Of a DNA stretch of 32,000 nucleotides, positions 17,131 through 24,610 are shown piece after piece; position 1 is the first letter of the stretch, and each line of letters begins with the position of its first letter. Source of the stretch: Candidatus Hadarchaeales archaeon (GTDB lineage Archaea; Hadarchaeota; Hadarchaeia; Hadarchaeales; Hadarchaeaceae). Location: positions 30,001-62,000 of the forward strand of contig JAWBCC010000002.1 in the NCBI GenBank assembly GCA_038823825.1, in the 5' to 3' direction. The translations under genes were made by a program, and so were the position numbers. The notes under the pieces are model-generated. The model saw only the letters and a list, made by a program, of their open reading frames with translations, searched no databases and was not told the origin of the DNA.

Positions 17131-17148
17131 TTATAAACATTATAAACA
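17131..17148. promoter_or_regulatory. Tandemly duplicated TATA-like box (TTATAAACA x2) in the divergent purC / ttuA-like spacer
   Basis: An exact 9-nt direct repeat at 17131-17139 and 17140-17148. The second copy's centre is about 24 nt from the ATG at 17168 and about 27 nt from the TTG at 17117. Confidence 0.35.
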
Positions 17149-17167
17149 AAAGAGAGCGCTTCTGTTT

Positions 17168-18097
17168 ATGTGGATGAAACTCTGCTCGAAATGTGGCGAA
17201 AGGGCTGAAATCGAACTGGATTACGCCAGAATGCACCTCTGCGACAGGTGTTTCGTGGATTTTTACGAAAGAAAAGTGAGAGAAACAGTCAAAAAGTACA
17301 AGATGATTGGAAAGGAAGATAAGGTGGCGGTTGCGGTCTCGGGCGGAAAGGATAGCGCCGCCCTTCTCTTCGTTTTAAGAAAACTTTTTCCCGATCTTTC
17401 CATTGCTGCCGTTCACATAAATGTAGAAATTCCAGGTTATTCCGAGGAATGCGAGCAAAAGTTCAGGGAGCTAGCCAGGATAGTCGGTGTGGATTCTATC
17501 GTTTACAACACGAGGGAAAAACTCGGAATAACAACACCCGATTTCCAGAAGACGGTTTACAAGGATAGGATTTGCTCACCGTGTGGAACCATCAAGCGGT
17601 ATCTTCTGAACAAGATCGCGCTCGAGAACGGTTTCACGAAAGTGGCTACTGGGCACAACCTAGACGATACCGTTGAGGTGCTTTTCAACCTCTACGTGCA
17701 GGGAGATATCCAGCAGCTCGTGAGGCTGAGACCTGTCGCCCCCTCAACCCACCCAAAGCTTGTGACGAAAATAAAACCTCTCATTGAGATGACGGAAAAA
17801 GAGAACTTGCTGTACGCTTTGAAAAATCAACTCCCATTCAAGGAAGCTCCATGTCCTCTCGCCTCCGGAAGTAGAAGCCGTGAGAGGAAAAAATTGCTCG
17901 AGATGATCGAAGGAAAGATGCGCGGATTTAAACATACTCTGTTCTCATCACACGTCAAAAGGATTTTACCCGTTCTCGAAGAAGGAGTTAAGCTTCCATC
18001 GTTTGTTGAATGTTCCTCGTGCGGGATGCCTTCTTCGGAAGACCCGTGCGCATTCTGTAGACGTATAAAAATGGTGAAGGGAAACCATGAAGATTAG
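17168..18097 (+). CDS. Second TtuA/Ncs6-type PP-loop tRNA thiolation ATPase (complete)
   Basis: A 309-aa ORF with N-terminal Zn finger CSKCGE...CDRC, PP-loop AVSGGKDS, cysteines CSPCG and APCP, ATGHNLDDT, and C-terminal Zn finger CSSCG...CAFC. It has the same architecture as the partial gene at 1..807 but a clearly divergent sequence. Confidence 0.8.
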   Translation: MWMKLCSKCGERAEIELDYARMHLCDRCFVDFYERKVRETVKKYKMIGKEDKVAVAVSGGKDSAALLFVLRKLFPDLSIAAVHINVEIPGYSEECEQKFRELARIVGVDSIVYNTREKLGITTPDFQKTVYKDRICSPCGTIKRYLLNKIALENGFTKVATGHNLDDTVEVLFNLYVQGDIQQLVRLRPVAPSTHPKLVTKIKPLIEMTEKENLLYALKNQLPFKEAPCPLASGSRSRERKKLLEMIEGKMRGFKHTLFSSHVKRILPVLEEGVKLPSFVECSSCGMPSSEDPCAFCRRIKMVKGNHED

Positions 18098-18779
18098 AGG
18101 AGTCCTTTTCGATGTGGATAGCACGCTAGTAGATTCGAGACTGGCCATGGACCTTGCGCTCGAGACGATTGTGAGGGAACTCGTCGATTTCGTCGGACGG
18201 ACGGAGGATCTCGAAAAAGCTCTTTGGAAATCGCGGCAGATAGATTTGGAAATGCATGCAAATCTACAGTATGACCGGAAAATGTGGTGGCGGAGAATTT
18301 GCGACGAGCTCTGGCCGGGTGTGACGCTTCCAGAAGATCTCGTCGAGAATCTCACCTTGGAATACTGGAGAATCGTTTGTGAGAAATCTACGCTGTTTCC
18401 AGATTCTTTGGAAACGATCGGGAGTCTGAAAAACAGGGGTTATCGACTTGGAATCGTGACGGATACTGATGGAACACCAAGTGTGAAAAGATGGAGGCTG
18501 GAGAAACTAGAGATTAAGAAATGGTTTGACATTGTTGTCATAGCTGGGGAAGATACTCCAGCTGTGAAGCCGGATCCCGGACCATTCCTTCTCGCCGCCG
18601 CCAAGCTCAAATTGAAACCGGAAGAGTGTCTCATGGTGGGGGATAAAATAGCAACAGATGTGAGGGGAGCGAAGGCCGCTGGAATGTTGGCGGCGCTCGT
18701 TCGGAGAAGAGAGAGTGAAAACTGTGCGGAGGCAGATTTTGTTTTGGAATGTCTAGGAGATCTTCTGAGATTTCTTTGA
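18087..18779 (+). CDS. HAD-superfamily hydrolase (subfamily IA-like phosphatase)
   Basis: Motif I FDVDSTL (DxDxT), IVTDT, and motif IV VGDKIATDVRGAKAAG. Its start overlaps the upstream gene by 11 nt. Confidence 0.7.
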   Translation: MKIRGVLFDVDSTLVDSRLAMDLALETIVRELVDFVGRTEDLEKALWKSRQIDLEMHANLQYDRKMWWRRICDELWPGVTLPEDLVENLTLEYWRIVCEKSTLFPDSLETIGSLKNRGYRLGIVTDTDGTPSVKRWRLEKLEIKKWFDIVVIAGEDTPAVKPDPGPFLLAAAKLKLKPEECLMVGDKIATDVRGAKAAGMLAALVRRRESENCAEADFVLECLGDLLRFL

Positions 18780-18893
18780 CATTGAAGCAGCAAAAACTAA
18801 TTCCTTGGAAAGTGTTGATCATACTGAAACAAGCTTTTCTGCTCACAATTTTCCACGAAATAACTTGATTATGGTCTTGGCAAGCGATCAATG

Positions 18894-18981
18894 TGGTGCG
18901 GGGGAGGGGATTTGAACCCCCGAACCCCTACGGGACCAGACCCTGAATCTGGCGCCTTTGACCTGGCTCGGCCACCCCCGC
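18894..18981 (-). tRNA. tRNA-Leu (anticodon CAG), long variable arm, CCA encoded
   Basis: Folded by hand. Acceptor GCGGGGG/CCCCCGC, anticodon stem CCAGA/TCTGG with loop TTCAGGG, a long variable arm, T arm GGGGG-TTCAAAT-CCCCT, and discriminator A followed by a genomic CCA. Confidence 0.9.
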
Positions 18982-19023
18982 TTCAAAAATAAATCTACAA
19001 CGAGAAATTAAGGGATAATCTTT

Positions 19024-20235
19024 TTGAACATCTTCAAAAAAGATATTATGCGAATCGATATGCCGGAAATCGACATCTTGGGAACAATCATTATACTGAT
19101 GGTTCTCAGTCTTATCTACACCCTTCTGACACCTCATCTTCTTTCGCTTCAGGCTAGCATGGGTATCGGTCAGCTCAGAAAAAGCATGAGAGAAATCGAA
19201 ACTTTTGCGATAGAGAGTCGCGCGATAGCGCTCAGATCATTCTCGAAACATGGAAGAACGAAGAGAGACATAAGGAAGGAAATAGAAAATTCGCTGGAGT
19301 TTTTCGCGATAGAGCCCGTCAGGGAGGATCCAGTCGGCGTTCTCAGAAGACTCGAGCACATACTGGATGTGAGAAAGAAGAGATTTGAGAGCCTGGTCAA
19401 GAAGCTCTCCCCCAAGGCAGATGAGGAGACTGCCGCAAACCTTGAAATGGTTCTCGAAGGTGCAATCGCGACCCACACACTTTATCGACTTATGAAACAC
19501 TACTGCCTGCTCGCAGAGAAGACGAAGAGTTATCAACTCGTTATGATTCTGCAGATGCAGCTCCCATTCCTGAAGGAATACGCCAAGGCATTCACGAGAG
19601 CCACGAGGACGTTCGCGGAAGGAAAGCCGATAGGAGACGGGGTGGGTCCGCTGACGGCCGTTCTCATCGCAAATACGGACAGGTGGAAGGAGGAGGTGGA
19701 GGATACAGTCTACGCGGAAGTTCCATTTGAAGGTCGAACCTTGCTTGTTGTTAAGGCGAAAGGGCCTGGAGGCAGGGTTGGCAAACCGGGAGAACTCATA
19801 AGACGCCTAGCGAAGAAAAGAAAGATAAACAGAATAATCATGATAGATGCTGCGGCAAAGCTTGAAGGAGAGAGAAGCGGAGAAGTCGTGGAAGGAGTTG
19901 GTGCGGCGATAGGAGGACCGCCAGTCGACAAATACAAGATTGAGGAAATTGCGACAGAGCTCGGTATCCCGCTCGACGCCGTCATCATAAAGGAGTCCCT
20001 CGTCGAGTCGATCACGGAGATGCACAAAGGGCTTGCCGAGGGCGCAAGGAAAGCGGCCGAAGTCGTGAAAAGAGCAATTCTCGAGAGAACGAAACCTAAG
20101 GATACCATCTTGATTGCTGGGATAGGAAACACAATAGGGATCGGGCAGTCCCCAAAAGAGATTCCGAGGGAATTCCCGCAGCCTCCGGTTCTGCCAAAAG
20201 GAGCAATCGAATCCGCCGTTCTGCCAATCGGTTGA
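19024..20235 (+). CDS. Membrane-anchored protein of unknown function, probably the archaeal DUF1512 family
   Basis: A 403-aa maximum ORF from a TTG. ATG candidates at 19048 and 19060 are more likely starts. It has one N-terminal TM helix (ILGTIIILMVLSLIYTLL), a helical middle region, and a C-terminal domain with KAKGPGGRVGKPG and IDAAAKLEGE..GVGAAIGGPP. The DUF1512 assignment is from memory of the family's size and architecture. Confidence 0.6.
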   Translation: MNIFKKDIMRIDMPEIDILGTIIILMVLSLIYTLLTPHLLSLQASMGIGQLRKSMREIETFAIESRAIALRSFSKHGRTKRDIRKEIENSLEFFAIEPVREDPVGVLRRLEHILDVRKKRFESLVKKLSPKADEETAANLEMVLEGAIATHTLYRLMKHYCLLAEKTKSYQLVMILQMQLPFLKEYAKAFTRATRTFAEGKPIGDGVGPLTAVLIANTDRWKEEVEDTVYAEVPFEGRTLLVVKAKGPGGRVGKPGELIRRLAKKRKINRIIMIDAAAKLEGERSGEVVEGVGAAIGGPPVDKYKIEEIATELGIPLDAVIIKESLVESITEMHKGLAEGARKAAEVVKRAILERTKPKDTILIAGIGNTIGIGQSPKEIPREFPQPPVLPKGAIESAVLPIG

Positions 20236-20277
20236 CGCTTTTAAGATGGGAGTTTGTAAAAGTAGAGATGTGAAAGC

Positions 20278-22467
20278 ATGAGAAGATACAAGCACGTTGC
20301 GGATGTTGTGAAGCTGATGTGGGAGCCGGAGAGAATAAGAAACATAGGGATAGTGGCTCATGTCGACCACGGAAAGACAACTCTAACCGACTCCCTCGTT
20401 GCAGCTTCCGGAATAATCAGTTTCGAGCTCGCCGGCGAGCAGCTTTTTACCGACTATCTCGACATCGAGCAGCAGAGGGGAATAACCGTGCAGACATCGG
20501 CTGTCAGTCTCTCGCACGTCTACGATGGAAAGGAATACCTGATAAACCTGCTTGACACACCTGGCCATGTCGACTTCACCGGCGACGTCACTAGGGCCCT
20601 CAGGGCAATCGACGGCGTTGTCGTTGTTGTTGACGCGGTGGAGGGCATAATGCCACAGACGGAGACTGTTACTAGGCAGGCCCTTCAGGAGTACACGAAA
20701 CCCGTCCTGTTTATAAACAAGGTTGACAGGCTTATAACGGAGCTCAAACTTCCTCCTGATCAGATACAGGCGAGGTTTGCGCGCATAATCACGAAGTTCA
20801 ACGAACTGATAAGAAGATTTGCTCCAAAACAATTTGCGCAGGAGTGGCAGGTAAACGTCGAAAACGGATCCGTTGCTTTCGGTTCTGCAAAGTTAAAGTG
20901 GGCAGTTTCCGTTCCTCAGATGAAGAAGAAAAACATCTCTTTTAAGGATATAATAAACGCGTACGCGGATGGGAGGGAGAAAGAACTTTCGAAGATAACC
21001 CCTATTTATGAGGTCGTCCTCGACATGGTCATAAAACACCTGCCCAACCCGAAGGAAGCACAGAAGATAAGGGTTCCCAGACTCTGGAGAGGGGATCCGG
21101 CGAGCGAGCTTGGCATAGACATGCTTGAAGCCAAACCGGATGGAAAGTTTTGTATGGTTGTGACGGATATCGTCGTCGACGAACAAGCCGGTGTCATAGC
21201 GACCGGAAGAATATTCTCGGGGACAGCTGAAAAAGGACTAGAGGTAAAGCTCCTGAACGCAAAACAAATTGCCAGGATTCAGCAGGTCTGTATTTATATG
21301 GGACCTGACAGGGTGATGGTCGAAAAAGTTCCCGCTGGAAACATTGCCGCCCTGATCGGTCTGAAGGATGCCGCAGTGGGTGAAACGATAATGAGTGTTG
21401 GGGTGGACGCGCCGGGCTTCGAAGAACTCAGGTATATAAGTGAACCCGTCGTCACAATTGCCGTTGAGCCTAAAAACTTCCAAGATCTACCGAAGCTCAT
21501 AGATAAGTTGAAGAAAATTGCAAAGGAAGATCCGAACATTTATGTGAAAATAAACGAGGAGACTGGAGAATATCTCGTCTCGGGAATGGGAGAGGTTCAT
21601 TTGGAAATCGTCGAATATAAGCTCAACAAGGCTGGTCTGGAAATCAAAAAATCCGAGCCGATCGTCGTCTACAGAGAAACCGTGACAAAAAGAGCAGGGC
21701 CTGTTGAAGGTAAATCTCCAAATAGACATAACAGATTTCTCATCTCGGTTGAACCTCTCGAACCCGAGGTCATAAAGGCAATCGAAGAAAAGAGAATAAC
21801 AAATGAGCAGGAAAGGAAAGAAAGAGCTGCTATTCTCAGAGAACTTGGTTGGAGCGCAGAAGCTGCTAGAAACGTCATAGCCGTGATCGGTCCGAATGTT
21901 CTGGTTGACATGACGAAAGGTGTTCAGTTCATGAAGGATGTGGAGGACTACGTGATCGAGGCATTCAAAAATGTGGTTGAGGAAGGACCGCTCATGAGAG
22001 AACCGTGCAGAGGGCTGAAGGTCATCATTGAGGACGCCATGCTCCATGAGGACTCCGTTCACCGCGGACCCGCACAGATAATTCCGGCCGTGAGGAGACC
22101 CATTCAGGCTTGTGTTCTTCTAGGTGAACCGATAGTACTTGAACCCTTGCTCAAGCTCGAGGTCAGAGTTCCACAAGAGTTCATGGGGGGCGCGACAAAA
22201 GTCATCCAGGGTAGACGCGGAAGAATAATCGACATGGAAACTGAAGAAGATATCGTTATCCTACGAGCTCTCCTGCCTGTCGCAAATTCGTTCGGTCTCG
22301 CTGCCGAACTGAGATCAGAGACAGAAGGGAGAGCTATTTGGGCCACAGAGTTCGCAAAGTTTGAGAAAGTTCCGGCCGAGCTGCAGAAAACCATCATCGA
22401 AAACACCAGAAAGAGGAAGGGACTCAAACCTGAGCCACCTTCTCCAGAGGAGTTCATGGAGAAGTGA
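20278..22467 (+). CDS. fusA: Translation elongation factor 2 (aEF-2)
   Basis: A 729-aa ORF with G1 AHVDHGKTT, DTPGHVDF, NKVD, and the diphthamide-site motif HEDSVHRGPAQ. Confidence 0.95.
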   Translation: MRRYKHVADVVKLMWEPERIRNIGIVAHVDHGKTTLTDSLVAASGIISFELAGEQLFTDYLDIEQQRGITVQTSAVSLSHVYDGKEYLINLLDTPGHVDFTGDVTRALRAIDGVVVVVDAVEGIMPQTETVTRQALQEYTKPVLFINKVDRLITELKLPPDQIQARFARIITKFNELIRRFAPKQFAQEWQVNVENGSVAFGSAKLKWAVSVPQMKKKNISFKDIINAYADGREKELSKITPIYEVVLDMVIKHLPNPKEAQKIRVPRLWRGDPASELGIDMLEAKPDGKFCMVVTDIVVDEQAGVIATGRIFSGTAEKGLEVKLLNAKQIARIQQVCIYMGPDRVMVEKVPAGNIAALIGLKDAAVGETIMSVGVDAPGFEELRYISEPVVTIAVEPKNFQDLPKLIDKLKKIAKEDPNIYVKINEETGEYLVSGMGEVHLEIVEYKLNKAGLEIKKSEPIVVYRETVTKRAGPVEGKSPNRHNRFLISVEPLEPEVIKAIEEKRITNEQERKERAAILRELGWSAEAARNVIAVIGPNVLVDMTKGVQFMKDVEDYVIEAFKNVVEEGPLMREPCRGLKVIIEDAMLHEDSVHRGPAQIIPAVRRPIQACVLLGEPIVLEPLLKLEVRVPQEFMGGATKVIQGRRGRIIDMETEEDIVILRALLPVANSFGLAAELRSETEGRAIWATEFAKFEKVPAELQKTIIENTRKRKGLKPEPPSPEEFMEK

Positions 22468-23254
22468 GGAGACGGGCTATTCTTTCAAAATCCTCCGGTT
22501 TCAGTTCAAAAACCCTTCTTTCAAGCAGATCATTCGGAAAACGAATGAGAAAGTTTTTGAGTTCCTTTTTGTGCATGGAAGGAAAGAGACGTCCGCTTGA
22601 GTGAATGAGAGCATTTCTCACCTTTTGCTTTCTGTGTTGGAAAAGTGCCTCAACCACTCTGCTGAAAAGATTCCAGTTTGCTATTTCGAATGGAGGTGGA
22701 CGCGGGCGGAGCCTGACAATCGCGGAACACACAGCCGGTGGCGGGAAAAAGACCTCCGGAGGAAGCTCTTCGAGGATCTCAACATCCGCCTTACAGAAGA
22801 CGTTGACGCTCAGTCTCCCGTAATCAGGTGCCCCAGGTTTGGCAATCATCCTTTTCGCGAATTCCAACTGGTACATTAGAACCCCCAGCTCGAAATCTTT
22901 TTCCAAGAGTTTGAAAGTGATGTCGGAAGAGATTTTATACGGTAGGTTTGCCACAACTTTCGTAAACTCCGGAAGCTCGACTTTCCTCGCATCCCCATGT
23001 ATGAACACCACGTTTTTGCTACTAACGTTCTCCTTTGCTATCGCCAACAGTCTAGCGTCCATCTCGATCGTGTAGACCTTTCCAGCTTTTTCCGACAAGA
23101 ACTTTGTCAGGTTGCCCAAACCCGTTCCGATTTCCAGAACGATGTCTGAAGGAGAAATCCGTGCGTATTCCACCATTCTGCGGAGAATTCCCTCATCGGT
23201 CACAAGGTGTTGCCCTAGCCTGCGGCTGAGTCTAGGAATTTTTGGTCTTTCCAC
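22454..23254 (-). CDS. rsmA: 16S rRNA (adenine1518/1519-N6)-dimethyltransferase KsgA/Dim1
   Basis: LGQHLVTD near the N-terminus, SAM motif VLEIGTGLGNLT, and NLPYKISS. It has a GTG start, and its 3' end overlaps the aEF-2 3' end by 14 nt. Confidence 0.85.
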   Translation of the reverse strand: MERPKIPRLSRRLGQHLVTDEGILRRMVEYARISPSDIVLEIGTGLGNLTKFLSEKAGKVYTIEMDARLLAIAKENVSSKNVVFIHGDARKVELPEFTKVVANLPYKISSDITFKLLEKDFELGVLMYQLEFAKRMIAKPGAPDYGRLSVNVFCKADVEILEELPPEVFFPPPAVCSAIVRLRPRPPPFEIANWNLFSRVVEALFQHRKQKVRNALIHSSGRLFPSMHKKELKNFLIRFPNDLLERRVFELKPEDFERIARLLTSP

Positions 23255-23295
23255 CGCCTATATTTTTGCTGACGCATGAATAAAAAAGGAAAGTC

Positions 23296-23655
23296 ATGCT
23301 TTCACAGGATTTCAACAAGAAAAAAATTGAGCTCTTTGGCCTTCTGCGAAAGGAGAGAAAGCTTTCTGGAGAAGTCCGCAGGAAAATCATAGAACTTTAC
23401 GGGAGCAGGGGCGAGAAGGCGATAGAAGCTGTTGAACAAAGGAGAGTTCGTAAGCAGGGGCGCAGATGGTTTGTCCGAGGGAAAAGTGGAGAGTATGAGG
23501 TTGTGAAAAACTTTTGCTCTTGTCCTGATTACGTAATGAACATAGCAACTGAAAAGGCAAAGGTTGACATGTGTTATCATGCGCTCGCCAAGGAAATAGC
23601 CGAGGCAATCGGTTTCTACCGGGAGGAAAAAGATGAGAAAGGAGAAAGTGGCTGA
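23296..23655 (+). CDS. Small SWIM-type zinc-finger protein
   Basis: A 119-aa ORF with a CxC...CxH signature, CSCPDYVMNIATEKAKVDMCYHALA, preceded by W.V.G.SGEYEV. It is basic, and its 3' end overlaps the nth start by 23 nt. Confidence 0.6.
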   Translation: MLSQDFNKKKIELFGLLRKERKLSGEVRRKIIELYGSRGEKAIEAVEQRRVRKQGRRWFVRGKSGEYEVVKNFCSCPDYVMNIATEKAKVDMCYHALAKEIAEAIGFYREEKDEKGESG

Positions 23656-24271
23656 GGCTGTTGTAAAATTTCTGTACTCGAATTATGGGGAGCCAAAACA
23701 TCGTTGGAAGGAAGACCCGTTTAAGGTCTTGATATCTTGCGTACTCTCCCAGCGGACCCGTGAGGAAAACACAGAAAAGGCGAGCAGGGCGCTTTTCTCC
23801 ATCGCTCCTACACCGAAGGATATTCTGAAAATCCCAGAGGAGGAGATCGCAAAAATCATAAGACCTGTCGGTTTCCCGAAGCAGAAGGCAAAAAATATCC
23901 TAAAAATATGCAAGATTCTCGTAGAAAAGTATGATGGGAAAGTTCCCGCCGATAAAGAGGTTTTAAAATCTCTTCCCGGAGTAGGTGAGAAAACCGCCAA
24001 CGTCACGCTCTGTTACGGCTTCGGGATCCCATGCATACCGGTAGACACACATGTGAATAGAATCAGCAGACGTCTCGGACTGGTCAGCTGGGATGCCAAG
24101 CTGGAAGAAGTCGAACCAACGTTAAGAAAAATCTTCAAAAGGAAAGACTGGCGGCTGATAAATTTAGGAATGGTGCAGTTTGGGAGGGAAATCTGTCTGC
24201 CGCGCAACCCGAAGTGCGAGATCTGTCCGTTGAAAAAACTTTGTCTCTACGCAAAACGTGAACAAAAATGA
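23633..24271 (+). CDS. nth: Endonuclease III (HhH-GPD DNA glycosylase/AP lyase with 4Fe-4S cluster)
   Basis: HhH motif LPGVGEKTANV, VDTHV, and the C-terminal cluster CLPRNPKCEICPLKKLC. Confidence 0.85.
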   Translation: MRKEKVAEAVVKFLYSNYGEPKHRWKEDPFKVLISCVLSQRTREENTEKASRALFSIAPTPKDILKIPEEEIAKIIRPVGFPKQKAKNILKICKILVEKYDGKVPADKEVLKSLPGVGEKTANVTLCYGFGIPCIPVDTHVNRISRRLGLVSWDAKLEEVEPTLRKIFKRKDWRLINLGMVQFGREICLPRNPKCEICPLKKLCLYAKREQK

Positions 24272-24570
24272 ATACCGTATTCATTGTTCTCCTGATCACA
24301 GGATCTCCGGCTATCGGTTTAAGTTCGCTTTTCGCTGGATTGGGTGGAAAAGCTATCACGCTTCGAAAACAAAGGCCCTTTCTATTCACTTCGCTCGTGA
24401 TTCTGCTTGGTTTTGCTGTAGCTGTTCCATCACTCATTGTGGGAAAATATTTGGGAGAGCTTCCAGCCTGCCTCTTCCTCCTCGTTTTCTCTATTCTGGT
24501 GGGCAAGATTGCCAAGGCTTTCTGTTCCGGGCTTGTGAAAATCACCCTGCGTCTTCCTGAGGAGAGATAA
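24268..24570 (+). CDS. Small hypothetical membrane protein (about 3 TM segments)
   Basis: A 100-aa hydrophobic ORF with an ATGA start/stop overlap with nth. It is preferred over the alternative frame 24258..24560 and the antisense ORF 24135..24599, which have non-protein-like compositions. Confidence 0.45.
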   Translation: MNTVFIVLLITGSPAIGLSSLFAGLGGKAITLRKQRPFLFTSLVILLGFAVAVPSLIVGKYLGELPACLFLLVFSILVGKIAKAFCSGLVKITLRLPEER

Positions 24571-24610
24571 TCGTCTTCGTGAGAACTTTTAAAATCCAAA
24601 AACCCTTATA

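Noticed and set aside
18780-18893. A 114-nt non-coding spacer between the HAD gene and the tRNA-Leu 3' end, checked for a C/D-box sRNA (UGAUCA ... CUGA present) and for a hairpin (AGCAG...CUGCU)
   Set aside because: There is no proper C (RUGAUGA) / D' / C' / D arrangement with roughly 12-nt guides on either strand. The stem is only 5+3 bp around a loop of about 40 nt. ORF 18631..18891 mostly overlaps the HAD gene in antisense.
19807-22062. Long minus-strand ORFs (19807..20370 of 187 aa, 20383..20832 of 149 aa, and 21487..22062 of 191 aa)
   Set aside because: They are antisense to the DUF1512-like gene and aEF-2. The sense-strand genes have unambiguous motifs, and these are shadow ORFs of a codon-biased region.
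24135-24599. A 154-aa minus-strand ORF and the alternative plus-frame ORF 24258..24560
   Set aside because: Both overlap the hydrophobic 24268..24570 ORF, which has a membrane-protein-like pattern and an ATGA coupling to nth. The alternatives are Arg/Ser-rich and not protein-like.
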